Shown here piece by piece: positions 43,137-53,495 of a stretch of DNA of 64,000 nucleotides. A model generated the notes under the pieces. The model was not told the origin of the DNA. It made no database searches and was given only the letters and a program-made list of their open reading frames with translations. A program made the translations under genes and the position numbers. Each line of letters starts with the position of its first letter. Within the stretch, counting starts at the first letter, position 1. This DNA is from Thermoanaerobaculia bacterium (lineage in GTDB: Bacteria; Acidobacteriota; Thermoanaerobaculia; Gp7-AA8), in the NCBI GenBank assembly GCA_041671505.1, contig JBAZBK010000011.1, forward strand, positions 20,830-84,829, given 5' to 3'.

Positions 43137-43771
43137 ACCCGAAACCGCTGAAACACATCGATCTGCACTCGCCCGTGGGGCGCCTCGAGGCGCTCTACCG
43201 CCAGATCGACGAGCCGCGCGGCGTCGCCGTCGTCTGCCATCCCCATCCGCTGCATGGCGGAACGCTGCACAACAAGGTGGTCTTTCGCGCCAGCCGCGGC
43301 CTCGAGCGGCAGGACGTTTCGACGCTGCGCTTCAATTTCCGCGGCGCCGGCGCCAGCCAGGGGAGGCACGACAACGGTGAAGGGGAGCAGCAGGACGTCG
43401 AGGCGGCGATCGACTGGATGCAGGCCCGGCACCGCGGCGCCAGGCTCTTCCTCGCCGGCTTCTCGTTCGGCGCGTGGATCGCAAGCCGCGTCGCCTGGTC
43501 GCGCGACGACGTTGCCGCATTGGTGCTCATCGGCTCGCCGGTGAACAAGTACGACATGAGCTATATCCGCCACGCCCCGCAGCCGATCCTTTTCCTCCAG
43601 GGATCTGAAGACGAGTTCGGAGACGTCGACACGCTGGCGAAGATCGTCGAAGGGTGCCGCAACGCCGAGCTCATCGTCGTCAACGGCGCCGACCACTTCT
43701 TCAAGAACCAGGTCGAGATCGTCGAAGAGACGGTCTCCGAGTGGATCGGGGAAGTGTTAGGCAAAAAATAG
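43133..43771 (+). CDS. Alpha/beta hydrolase fold protein
   Basis: Contains VVCHPHPLHGGTLHNKVV and the nucleophile elbow GFSFGA, and is ~212 aa. The GTG start overlaps the Rieske stop (GTGA). Confidence 0.7.
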   Translation: MNPKPLKHIDLHSPVGRLEALYRQIDEPRGVAVVCHPHPLHGGTLHNKVVFRASRGLERQDVSTLRFNFRGAGASQGRHDNGEGEQQDVEAAIDWMQARHRGARLFLAGFSFGAWIASRVAWSRDDVAALVLIGSPVNKYDMSYIRHAPQPILFLQGSEDEFGDVDTLAKIVEGCRNAELIVVNGADHFFKNQVEIVEETVSEWIGEVLGKK

Positions 43772-43773
43772 TG

Positions 43774-43911
43774 CCGAATTCCGAGTTCTGAGTGCTGAGG
43801 ATCTCGCCGCTGTCAGCGTTTCTGGGGCGTGCTCCATGGGCGCTGTTGCCTGCTGATCGCCTCTCGCCCGTCGCCTCTTGCCTTGCCTGCTATGGCCTCT
43901 GGCCTATGGCC
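43774..43911. repeat. Two heptamer arrays without mutual complementarity, locus D
   Basis: The left array at 43774-43808 reads CCGAATT CCGAGTT CTGAGTG CTGAGGA TCTCGCC. The right array at 43848-43910 reads GCCTGCT GATCGCC TCTCGCC CGTCGCC TCTTGCC TTGCCTG CTATGGC CTCTGGC CTATGGC. Together they fill the spacer between two stop codons. Confidence 0.85.
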
Positions 43912-43915
43912 CGCC

Positions 43916-45349
43916 TTACTTCAGGCTCTTCAGCCTCAGCTTCGCCTCGCCGTTCTCGGGCTCGATGGCGATGACGTCTTCGTAGCAGGCGCGGGCGCGA
44001 GCCGTCAGGCCGGCGCTCCGGTAGAGGTCGCCGAGGGTGAGGATCGCCTCGGTGAAGTTCGGATTCGCGGAGATCGCCCGCTGCAGGCTCTCCATCGCCT
44101 CGCGCTTCCAGTTCGGGTTCTTCTGCTGGCAGGTCGAGAGTAGGAACCACGCCTCCGCGTAGTCGGGCACGTAGGTGACGCTCTGCCGAAGCAGCATCAT
44201 CGCCCCGTGGTATTCCCCCTCGGTTACGAGCTCGCGCGCCTTCGTGAAGTTCGCCTCGGCGATGCTGCGGCGGACGATCATCTTGTGGACCGCGCGCATG
44301 TCGCTTCCGCGCCCCTGCGACATCAGCCGGTCGTACTCGCCGCGCTTCGCGGTGCTGGTGAGTACGTCGTGTGCGCGGTCGAGGGTCTGTATCGTCTCGT
44401 TCAGGATCGGACGCAGGACCACGGGATACGACGACGGATCGAACAGCTTTCTGAGGCGTTCGTAATTGGCGACGATGTTCGAGCGGGTCGTTCCCTTCGG
44501 CAGGTCGAGGAGCTTGTAGTAATCGCTCCGCTCCGCGTGGCGCGCGAAGGCGAAGGCGCGGAGCGAGCGCTCGTCGGAAGTTCCGAGCGACGACATGATC
44601 GCGAGGTCGCGCGCGGATCGTTCGATCTCCTCCTTGTCCTCGTGTTTCTGGTCGGCCCGCTCGATCTCGTAGATGCCGAGTGAGAGCATTTCGACCGCGA
44701 CGCGAACGGCAAGAACTGCCTCGCGTCCGGCCCGCTTGACGAAGTCGCCGATCGTAGCGGCCTCGCTGAGCGTCTCCGCGAGGCGCCGTTCGTCGTCGTT
44801 CACCGGAATGACGTCGAGCGTGAACCGCGGCTCGCGGGCGAACTCGATCCTGCGGGTCAGATCGCCGATCGACCGCTTCAGGGCGAGCCCGCTGGAGATG
44901 CCGCGGATTCCTTCGAGCACGAGCGCTGCCGTCGACGGAATGAAGACGCGCCGCTCTGGTTCGAGCGCGTCTCCGGGAATCCACGCACAGTTCCCTTCTT
45001 CGAGCGAAAAGAGCGGAAGCACCACGCCTTCGATCCATTCGCGCAGAAGCGGCCCGGCGCGATCGGACCCGACGACCGAGGCATCGAAGAATCGGAGCGC
45101 GAGGTCGGGCCCGTCGATTTCGCGGAGCGCGGCTCCCGCGCCTGGCGCGATGTGCCCGCCTTTCTCCAGGAAAGCGCCGATCGAAAGCGCGGGCGCGGAG
45201 GTCGAAGCGAGGACGAGGTCACCCTGGACCCACCAGAGGTCGGTGCGCCGGTCGCGTACGACAACCGTCAGTCGTCCGCTGTCACGCTCGCTGATGATCG
45301 GCGCGATGACGGTGCAGAGCGGCGTGATTTCCAGACTCTCGAGGCTCAA
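43916..45349 (-). CDS. PATAN/DUF4388 domain protein with a degenerate J-like domain and C-terminal TPR repeats (third paralogue)
   Basis: Has an N-terminal DUF4388-like segment (LCTVIAPIISERDSGRLTVVVRDRRTDLWWVQGDLVLASTS). The central segment DYYKLLDLPKGTTRSNIVANYERLRKLFDPSSYP...GEYDRL is J-domain-like, with FDP in place of HPD. The C-terminal TPRs include AWFLLSTCQQK and ILTLGDLYRSAG. Confidence 0.7.
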   Translation of the reverse strand: MSLESLEITPLCTVIAPIISERDSGRLTVVVRDRRTDLWWVQGDLVLASTSAPALSIGAFLEKGGHIAPGAGAALREIDGPDLALRFFDASVVGSDRAGPLLREWIEGVVLPLFSLEEGNCAWIPGDALEPERRVFIPSTAALVLEGIRGISSGLALKRSIGDLTRRIEFAREPRFTLDVIPVNDDERRLAETLSEAATIGDFVKRAGREAVLAVRVAVEMLSLGIYEIERADQKHEDKEEIERSARDLAIMSSLGTSDERSLRAFAFARHAERSDYYKLLDLPKGTTRSNIVANYERLRKLFDPSSYPVVLRPILNETIQTLDRAHDVLTSTAKRGEYDRLMSQGRGSDMRAVHKMIVRRSIAEANFTKARELVTEGEYHGAMMLLRQSVTYVPDYAEAWFLLSTCQQKNPNWKREAMESLQRAISANPNFTEAILTLGDLYRSAGLTARARACYEDVIAIEPENGEAKLRLKSLK

Positions 45350-45361
45350 TCCCTGTTCCTT

Positions 45362-46063
45362 CTACTGGAACGCGTAAATGTCGATGTTGGCCCTGTTTCG
45401 AAGGCGTTCGGTCCACCGCCGCACTTCCTGTTCGAGTCCCTCGGAGCGCAGTGATTCCCTGAGTTGCTCGCGCACCTCGGCGAGTGGCGGGACGGGCTGC
45501 CCCGCGTCACGCCTCTGCTGGCTCCAGGATTCCCGATAGTAACGCTCAATCTCGTCGAGCGATATGAAGATCAGCGGCGCGAAGCGCTCCTCGATGTATG
45601 CGTCGATCTGAAGTCGTCTTTGGATGATCTGGCGGAGATTCGTCTCATCCATCCCCGAGGACGAGAGGCGCGCGAACATCGCTTCCTTCGAGCCGTCGGC
45701 ACGCGCGAGGATCTCGATCCGCGCGTCGACGTCCGCGGGGCGCACGTCCTTGAGCCCGAAGCGCTCCGCGTCTCGTCGCTGAAGCAGAAAGTCGATCGCG
45801 GTGCTGAGCACGCGGCGCCGGTAGTCCGTCTCCTGCTCCCCCTCGCGGCGCGGGATCAGGTCCGCGCGGATCAGACGCTCGACGTCGCCCGTGGTGATCA
45901 CCTGGCCCTCGACCACCGCGGCGATCCGGTCGATGATCTCGGCGCGGGCAGAAGTAGCCCAGACCATCAGCCCGAAGGCGATGGCGAGCGCGCACCTGGG
46001 AAGACGGCCTGCGTGAAACATTCGGGCTGGAGGCACTTTGCCCCTCCGTCGGGGAATCGTCAA
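45362..46063 (-). CDS. SurA N-terminal domain-like periplasmic chaperone (no PPIase domain seen)
   Basis: Has a signal-like N-terminus followed by EIIDRIAAVVEGQVITTGDVERLIRADL, which is typical of the SurA_N family. The start is uncertain (46063 or the internal Met at MFHAGR). Confidence 0.6.
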   Translation of the reverse strand: MTIPRRRGKVPPARMFHAGRLPRCALAIAFGLMVWATSARAEIIDRIAAVVEGQVITTGDVERLIRADLIPRREGEQETDYRRRVLSTAIDFLLQRRDAERFGLKDVRPADVDARIEILARADGSKEAMFARLSSSGMDETNLRQIIQRRLQIDAYIEERFAPLIFISLDEIERYYRESWSQQRRDAGQPVPPLAEVREQLRESLRSEGLEQEVRRWTERLRNRANIDIYAFQ

Positions 46064-46082
46064 CTGTCTCGCTCCGTTGGTC

Positions 46083-46111
46083 TTGACACTTCGGCGCGCG
46101 CTTTCTACATT
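46083..46111 (+). promoter_or_regulatory. Candidate sigma-70 promoter of the hrcA operon
   Basis: TTGACA (46083-46088), a 17-nt spacer, then TACATT (46106-46111). The -10 element overlaps the left arm of CIRCE. Confidence 0.6.
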
Positions 46112-46136
46112 GGCACTCGCGAGTAAAGAGTGCTAA
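46110..46136 (+). promoter_or_regulatory. CIRCE operator (HrcA binding site)
   Basis: TTGGCACTC-GCGAGTAAA-GAGTGCTAA compares with the consensus TTAGCACTC-N9-GAGTGCTAA with one mismatch. It lies immediately upstream of hrcA. Confidence 0.88.
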
Positions 46137-46138
46137 CG

Positions 46139-47236
46139 ATGGCGAACAGGTCGGGACAGCTGCCCCAAAAGACGACGCTCCGGCTCGAGGATCTCGAGCC
46201 GCGCTTCCGCGACGTGTTGCGCGAAATCGTCCTCGAGTACGTGTCGAGCGGTGAGCCGATCAGTTCGCGGTCGCTTGCCAAGAGCGGTCGATTCGCGCTT
46301 TCCCCGGCGACACTCCGGAACGTCATGGCCGATCTGGAGGATCTCGGGTTCCTCCAGCAGCCGCACACGTCGGCCGGGCGCGTCCCGACCGACCGTGGCT
46401 ACCGCTATTTCATCGACCACCTGATGCGGTCGCGCCGGCTGAGTCAGCTCGAGCGCGAACAGATCGACGGAGAGGTCGGCCGCGCCGACGAAGTCGACGA
46501 GATGATGCATCACTCCTCGCGCCTGCTCTCGAAGCTGAGCGACCAGGTAGGCATGATCTTCATGCCGAAGCTGAACCAGCTGGTGATGCGCAGCATCGAC
46601 TTCATCCCGGTATCCGACACCAAAGTGATGTGCGTGATCGTGGGGACGAACGGGGTGGTGGTGAACCGCATTCTCGAGGTGCCGGCGGTGCGCGGCCGCG
46701 ACGAGCTCGAGCGAATCAGCCGCTACCTCACCGCGGAGTTCGCTGGTTGCGCCCTGGAGAACTTCCTCGCGGCGCTCCGCACGGCCGTGTCGGGCGAGCG
46801 GGCGCGAGAGGACCAGGACTGGCGCGAGTCGATCGAGTTCAGCATGAACGCCGTCGAGGAAGTCGTTCCGGTCGACGAGGAGCTCTGTGTCGAAGGGGCC
46901 ATGTCGGTCATCCGGAAGCCCGAGTTCTCCGAGGGACGGGCCCTCAACAGGATCGCGGTGGTTCTCGAGCACAAGCGTGAGCTCGTTTCGATTCTCGGCG
47001 AGCTGCTCGTCGAGGGGGGGACGCAGATCCTGGTCGGCTCCGAGAGCAGTTTCACGCGTGCCCACAATGCCAGCCTCGTGGTGACGAGCTACGGTCCGGC
47101 CGGCCGGCCGCTCGGGCTCGTCGGCATCCTGGGCCCGACCCGCATGGAATATGCGAGAATGGCTCCTCTGGCGGATTATCTGGCGAAGGCGCTCAGTCGG
47201 AAGATCGAGGAGACTGAGCAGGAGAACGAGTCTTGA
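46139..47236 (+). CDS. hrcA: Heat-inducible transcription repressor HrcA
   Basis: Typical N-terminus (LREIVLEYVSSGEPISSRSLAK...ATLRNVMADLEDLGFLQQPHTSAGRVPTDRGYRYF). The ATG at 46139 is preferred to the GTG at 46130, which lies inside CIRCE. Confidence 0.9.
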   Translation: MANRSGQLPQKTTLRLEDLEPRFRDVLREIVLEYVSSGEPISSRSLAKSGRFALSPATLRNVMADLEDLGFLQQPHTSAGRVPTDRGYRYFIDHLMRSRRLSQLEREQIDGEVGRADEVDEMMHHSSRLLSKLSDQVGMIFMPKLNQLVMRSIDFIPVSDTKVMCVIVGTNGVVVNRILEVPAVRGRDELERISRYLTAEFAGCALENFLAALRTAVSGERAREDQDWRESIEFSMNAVEEVVPVDEELCVEGAMSVIRKPEFSEGRALNRIAVVLEHKRELVSILGELLVEGGTQILVGSESSFTRAHNASLVVTSYGPAGRPLGLVGILGPTRMEYARMAPLADYLAKALSRKIEETEQENES

Positions 47237-47883
47237 CCGAGCGGGACGATCTCGAAAAGAACGTTGACGACGATACCTACGTGATCGAAGACAGCGGAGA
47301 AACGCTCGAATCCTTCGATCTCGATGCGGAACAGCGGGCCGCGGAGGCGACCGGCATCGCGCCCGTCGCGGAGAGCGCGCAGGTCGAAGAGCTCCGGCGC
47401 GAGAACCACGAGCTCCGCGACCGGCTGCTTCGCTCCCGCGCCGACATCGACAATTTCCGCAAGCGCACTGAGCGGGAGAAGCAGGACTTCTACCGCTACG
47501 CGCTCGCCGACATCATGCGCGAGCTTCTTCCGGTGCTCGATAATTTCGAGCGAGCCCTCGCCGCGAGCGCGCAGTCGGCGCAGGACATCCTCGTTGGCGT
47601 CGACCTGATCTACAAGCAGTTTTCCGACGTGCTGAGCAAGGCGGGACTCCGTGCCGTCGACGCGGCGGGCGTTCCGTTCGACCCGAGCGTCCACGAGGCG
47701 GTCGCCCGCGACGATGAGTCGCCGCTCCCCGCCCACGCGGTCACGACGATCCTTCAGAAGGGCTACATGCTCAACGAGCGCCTCGTGCGCCCCGCGATGG
47801 TGCGCGTCTCCTCGGGAAGCGTTGCCCAGGCCGACATGCCCCCGACCGGAGAAGGCGGGGACGGAAGCGGGTCGGAAGGTTAG
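47233..47883 (+). CDS. grpE: Nucleotide exchange factor GrpE
   Basis: Has the coiled-coil N-terminus and the GrpE signature (DNFRKRTEREK, LLPVLDNFERAL, GVPFDPSVHEAV, LQKGYMLNERLVRPAMVRV). The TTG start overlaps the hrcA stop. Confidence 0.9.
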   Translation: MTERDDLEKNVDDDTYVIEDSGETLESFDLDAEQRAAEATGIAPVAESAQVEELRRENHELRDRLLRSRADIDNFRKRTEREKQDFYRYALADIMRELLPVLDNFERALAASAQSAQDILVGVDLIYKQFSDVLSKAGLRAVDAAGVPFDPSVHEAVARDDESPLPAHAVTTILQKGYMLNERLVRPAMVRVSSGSVAQADMPPTGEGGDGSGSEG

Positions 47884-47886
47884 GCG

Positions 47887-49728
47887 ATGGCGAAGATTCT
47901 CGGCATCGATCTCGGTACGACGAACTCCTGCGTCGCCGTCGTCGACGTGGCGACACCGCAGGTGATTCCGAACCGGGAAGGCAGCCGCACCACCCCTTCG
48001 GTGGTCGGATTCACCGAGGATGCCGAACGCCTCGTCGGCCAGATCGCAAAGCGCCAGGCGATCACGAATCCGTTCAACACGATCTACGCGATCAAGCGCG
48101 TCATCGGCCGGAAGTTCGTATCCGACGAAGTGACGCACGCGAAGAAGGTGCTTCCCTACCAGGTCACCGAGGCGTCGAACGGCGACGTGAAAGTGAAGAT
48201 CCGCGACCGCGAGTTCTCCCCGGAGGAGATCTCCGCGTTCATCCTCATGGAGATCAAGACTTTCGCCGAGGAGTTCCTCGGGGAGGAAGTGACCGAGGCG
48301 ATCATCACGGTCCCGGCCCACTTCAATGACGCGCAGCGGCAGGCCACGCGCGATGCGGGTCGCATCGCGGGCCTCGAGGTCCTCCGCATCATCAACGAGC
48401 CGACTGCAGCCGCGCTCGCCTACGGCCTCGACACGAAGGGGACCCGGAACATCGCAGTCTACGATCTCGGCGGCGGCACATTCGACGTGTCGATCCTCAA
48501 GCTCGAGGACGGCCTGTTCGAGGTCCTCTCGACCTCCGGTGACACTTACCTCGGCGGCGAGGACTTCGACAAGCGGATCACCGACTGGCTCATCGAAGGC
48601 TTCATCAGAGATGCGGGCATCGACCTGCGCGAGGACAGGATGGCGCTTCAACGCCTGAAGGAAGCCTCGGAAAAGGCCAAGTGCGAGCTCTCGATGAACG
48701 ACGAGACTCGCATCACGCTCCCCTTCATCTCCGCCGATTCCTCGGGGCCGAAGCACCTCAATCGCGTGCTGACGCGGTCCGACTTCGAGACGATGGTCGA
48801 GGACCTGATCCAGAAGACGATCGACCCGGTGAACGACGCGCTCTCGCAGGCAGGGCTCACGGCGGAGAAGATCGACGAGGTCGTCCTCGTCGGCGGGCAG
48901 ACGCGCATGCCGCGCGTGATCGAGGCGGTTCGCAAAGCGTTCGGACGCGAGCCCGACCGGAACATCAATCCCGACGAGGTCGTCGCGATAGGCGCCGCGA
49001 TCCAGGGCGGCATCATGCGCGGCGACATCAAGGACATGGTCCTTCTCGACGTCACGCCGCTCTCGCTCGGCGTCGAGACCAACGGATCGCTCTTTACCAA
49101 GATCATCGAGCGCAACTCGACGATCCCGACGAAGAACTCGATGATCTTCACGACGGTTTCGGACAACCAGACGAAGGTCCAGGTACACGTGCTGCAGGGT
49201 GAGCGCGAGTTCGCCAAGGAGAACAAGAGCCTCGGCAAGTTCGACCTGGTCGGCATTCCCGCCGCGCCGCGCGGCGTCCCGCAGATCGAGGTCACCTTCA
49301 GCATCGACTCGAACGGCATCGTCAACGTCACGGCGGTCGACCAGGCGACCGGGCAGTCGACCGGCGTGCAGATCAATCCCGCCGGCGGCCTCTCCAAAGA
49401 CGAGATCGACCGGCTCGTCAAGGACGCGCAGGAGCACGCCAAGAGCGACGCGGCGCGCAGGGAGCAGCGCGCCCTCATGAACCGTCTCGAAGGAATGATC
49501 TACACCAACGAGAAGGTTTTTCGCGAATTCAGCAAGCTGTTGAACGATCCCGATCGCGACAGGGTCCAGAAGGTAATCGCGAAGTGCAAGGAAGCGCTCA
49601 ACAGCGAATCGAAGCAGGCGCTCAACGATGCGATCTACGACCTGCAGCTGGCGTCGAAGATCCTTACGAGCGTCATGCTCTACAACCCGATGAAGTCCTC
49701 CCTCGGGACGGAAGAGCCTCCGCGCTGA
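47887..49728 (+). CDS. dnaK: Molecular chaperone DnaK (Hsp70)
   Basis: Begins [18 protein letters not shown] and contains [12 protein letters not shown] and other Hsp70 signatures. The ORF is 613 aa. Confidence 0.97.
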   Translation: MAKILGIDLGTTNSCVAVVDVATPQVIPNREGSRTTPSVVGFTEDAERLVGQIAKRQAITNPFNTIYAIKRVIGRKFVSDEVTHAKKVLPYQVTEASNGDVKVKIRDREFSPEEISAFILMEIKTFAEEFLGEEVTEAIITVPAHFNDAQRQATRDAGRIAGLEVLRIINEPTAAALAYGLDTKGTRNIAVYDLGGGTFDVSILKLEDGLFEVLSTSGDTYLGGEDFDKRITDWLIEGFIRDAGIDLREDRMALQRLKEASEKAKCELSMNDETRITLPFISADSSGPKHLNRVLTRSDFETMVEDLIQKTIDPVNDALSQAGLTAEKIDEVVLVGGQTRMPRVIEAVRKAFGREPDRNINPDEVVAIGAAIQGGIMRGDIKDMVLLDVTPLSLGVETNGSLFTKIIERNSTIPTKNSMIFTTVSDNQTKVQVHVLQGEREFAKENKSLGKFDLVGIPAAPRGVPQIEVTFSIDSNGIVNVTAVDQATGQSTGVQINPAGGLSKDEIDRLVKDAQEHAKSDAARREQRALMNRLEGMIYTNEKVFREFSKLLNDPDRDRVQKVIAKCKEALNSESKQALNDAIYDLQLASKILTSVMLYNPMKSSLGTEEPPR

Positions 49729-49771
49729 CCGCGCGCCGGGCATCCGTCACGACTCCAGGGCGCGAGCCCCG

Positions 49772-50890
49772 ATGGCGACCATGAGCTCCACGCAAAAAAG
49801 CGACTATTACGAAGTACTGGGCGTCAACCGCGACGCGAGCCTCGAGGAAATCAAGAAGGCCTACCGCCGCCTCGCGGTCAAGTACCACCCCGACAAGAAC
49901 CCCGACCATCCCGACGCCGATGAGAAGTTCAAGGAGGCGTCGGAGGCCTACAGCGTGCTCTCCGATCAGGACAAGCGCGCGCGCTACGACCGCTTCGGTC
50001 ATCAGGGAGTCGGCAGTCAGCCGTTCAACGCTGCCGATTTCGTCGATTTCTCGGACATTCTCGGCGATATCTTCGGCTTCGGCGATCTCTTCGGCGGCGG
50101 CCGGAAGCGCGGCAACAGGCCCGTGCGCGGTGCCGACCTGCGCTACGACGTGACGATCTCCTTCGAGGACGCTGTTTTCGGCAAGGAGCTCGACGTCGAG
50201 ATCCCCCGCAGCATCACCTGCGGCACCTGCAAGGGGACGGGCGCGAAGGCGGGAAGCGCGCCCGTCAGCTGCACCGGCTGCGGAGGCCGCGGACAGGTGC
50301 GCTTCCAGCAGGGTTTCTTCGCCGTCTCGCGGACCTGCCCGCAGTGCGGCGGCTCGGGCCAGACCATCAAGGACAAGTGCGCCACGTGCAACGGCGCCGC
50401 GCGCGTGCGCGAGACCCGCAAGCTGACGCTCCGGATTCCGCAGGGAGTCGACGAGGGCTCGCGCCTTCGCGTCGGGGGTGAAGGCGAAGGCGGGATCAAC
50501 GGCGGCCCGCCGGGCGACCTCTACGTCTTCATCGACGTCGCCGAGCACGAGCATTTCGTCCGGAAGGACTACGACATCCACGCGGAAGAAGAGATCAGCT
50601 TCACTCAGGCGGCGTTAGGCGCCGAGCTGAAGGTGAAAACGGTATGGGGCGAGGAGTCCCTCCCGATTCCGCCCGGAAGCCAGCCCCAGGACACGATCCG
50701 CATGCGAGGCAAGGGTGTTCCGTTCGTCGAGGGCAACGGAAAGGGCGACCACTGGGTGCACGTGAAGGTCCGCGTCCCGAAGAAGCTCAGCGACGAGCAG
50801 CGGACTCTGCTCGAGCAGTACGCCGAGCTCGAAGGCGACGACGTGAAGGAACGTGGCGTGCTCGACAAGGTGAAGGAGTTTTTCTCCTAA
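49772..50890 (+). CDS. dnaJ: Molecular chaperone DnaJ
   Basis: The canonical J domain has HPD ([33 protein letters not shown]). A G/F region and four CxxCxGxG zinc-finger repeats are present. Confidence 0.95.
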   Translation: MATMSSTQKSDYYEVLGVNRDASLEEIKKAYRRLAVKYHPDKNPDHPDADEKFKEASEAYSVLSDQDKRARYDRFGHQGVGSQPFNAADFVDFSDILGDIFGFGDLFGGGRKRGNRPVRGADLRYDVTISFEDAVFGKELDVEIPRSITCGTCKGTGAKAGSAPVSCTGCGGRGQVRFQQGFFAVSRTCPQCGGSGQTIKDKCATCNGAARVRETRKLTLRIPQGVDEGSRLRVGGEGEGGINGGPPGDLYVFIDVAEHEHFVRKDYDIHAEEEISFTQAALGAELKVKTVWGEESLPIPPGSQPQDTIRMRGKGVPFVEGNGKGDHWVHVKVRVPKKLSDEQRTLLEQYAELEGDDVKERGVLDKVKEFFS

Positions 50891-50892
50891 GA

Positions 50893-51198
50893 GCAGGCGC
50901 GAGGCGACAGGCGAGAGGCGATAAGCAGGCCAAAGGCCAGAGGCCAGAGGCCAAAGCAGGCAGTGGATTCGGAGCGCCGGCGCAAGCCGGCGTTTTCTAG
51001 TTGTAGCGCCCGTGTTCCTTCGGAAGGTCGGCGAGCGTCACGCCCGCGGAGCGCTTCGTCTCGCTGCCCTCCGGTAAGACGCCTCTATGCCTGCGCGGGC
51101 CGCGGGTGCTACGAGCGGTGCCTCGCGAACACGACCGCTCGCGCCTGCTTTGGCCTTTGGCCTGCTTATCGCCTCTCGCCTATCGCCTGTCGCCTGTA
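50893..51198. repeat. Composite heptamer-array inverted repeat (GGCGARR plus GGCCARA units), locus E
   Basis: The left arm at 50896-50961 reads GGCGCGA GGCGACA GGCGAGA GGCGATA AGCAGGC CAAAGGC CAGAGGC CAGAGGC CAAAGCA GGC. The right arm at 51143-51198 reads GCCTGCT TTGGCCT TTGGCCT GCTTATC GCCTCTC GCCTATC GCCTGTC GCCTGTA. The centre is ~180 nt. Confidence 0.9.
50975..50996 (+). terminator. Rho-independent terminator of dnaJ, nested in the centre of repeat E
   Basis: A CGCCGGC stem, GCAA loop, GCCGGCG stem and TTTT tract. Confidence 0.7.
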
Positions 51199-52093
51199 GT
51201 CGCGAACGCTCCCGCCCACCATTCGCCGCGCGTGCGTTCGTCGACGAGAGCGAGGCCGTTCGTCGAGGCGGCGGCGATCACGTCGTCCTTCTGTGCGATC
51301 AGGATGCCGCTCGTGATGAGCCTTCCGCCGGGCGCGAGCGTGGGAGCGACGTGCGGGAGGAGCTCGGCGATGACGTGCGGAAGGATGTTCATCGTGATGA
51401 CGTCGAAGTGCCGCGATGGCGCGAGGGCTTCCGCCGACGCGAAGAAGTACGAGACCCGCTCCTCCGGGATTCCGTTGCGCGAGAGGTTCTTCGCGACGAC
51501 TCCCCAGGTGTCGGCGAGGTCGTTGTCGAAGCCGAACGCGCGGCGCGTGCCGAGCAGCGCCATGGCGATCGCGAGGATGCCGCTCCCCGTGCCGACGTCG
51601 AGGCCGCTCGCTCCCTCGAGGGGGATGGCTTCGAGAAGCTCGAGGCACATCCACGTCGTTTCGTGGGAGCCGGTGCCGAACGCCTGCTCCTGTGGGATGA
51701 CGATCGCGAGCCTCTCGCCCGGAGCGATCAGGTCGGCCCGCGGCGCGACGACGAAGCGGGCGCCGATCTCCATGGCGACGAGCGAGTCTTCGTAGTGCGC
51801 GAGCCAGTCGACGCGCGCCCGTGTAGATCGGCGAGGCGAGACCCCTTCGAGCTGCTCGAGCAGCTTCACCGCCATGTCGAGGGACGCTTCGTCGGGAAAC
51901 CAGGCGACGACGATCGTTCGGTCGCCGTCGGCTTCGTGCGCGCTTCCCGACGAGCCCGCCGCGTAGAGCTCCCCCGCGATCAGGTCGAGAAGATCGTCGC
52001 GGTCGCCCGGGACCGCGATCTCGAGTACCGGGTCGAACGACGAAGGCTCCGGGGTTTCCGGAGCCTTCGGGGAATCAACGTTGCGCCGATCGC

Positions 52094-52097
<4 letters not shown>
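51180..52097 (-). CDS. prmA: Ribosomal protein L11 methyltransferase PrmA
   Basis: Contains QAFGTGSHETT and the SAM motif LDVGTGSGILAIA. There is no in-frame ATG after the upstream gene, so the GTG at 52097 (overlapping the gltA stop, GTGA) is proposed. The last ~6 codons (TTGDRR) lie in repeat E. Confidence 0.8.
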
Positions 52098-53386
<1,289 letters not shown>

Positions 53387-53495
53387 TGAGACTACCTCCG
53401 CTCCTCGTGTGGTCGGCCCGTAATCTATCACGAAGCGCGCGCGGCGCCGGGCGCGCGGAGGGCCCGATTTCCGAGGCCGGCTGCGACGCCGCGCG

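Noticed and set aside
47176-49743. An 855-aa ORF on the minus strand covering grpE and dnaK
   Set aside because: It is antisense to an unmistakable DnaK gene. Long antisense ORFs opposite hsp70 are a known artefact of codon structure in GC-rich genomes and have been mis-annotated as 'NAD-specific glutamate dehydrogenase'. Its composition is Arg/Asp/Leu-heavy with no recognisable motifs.
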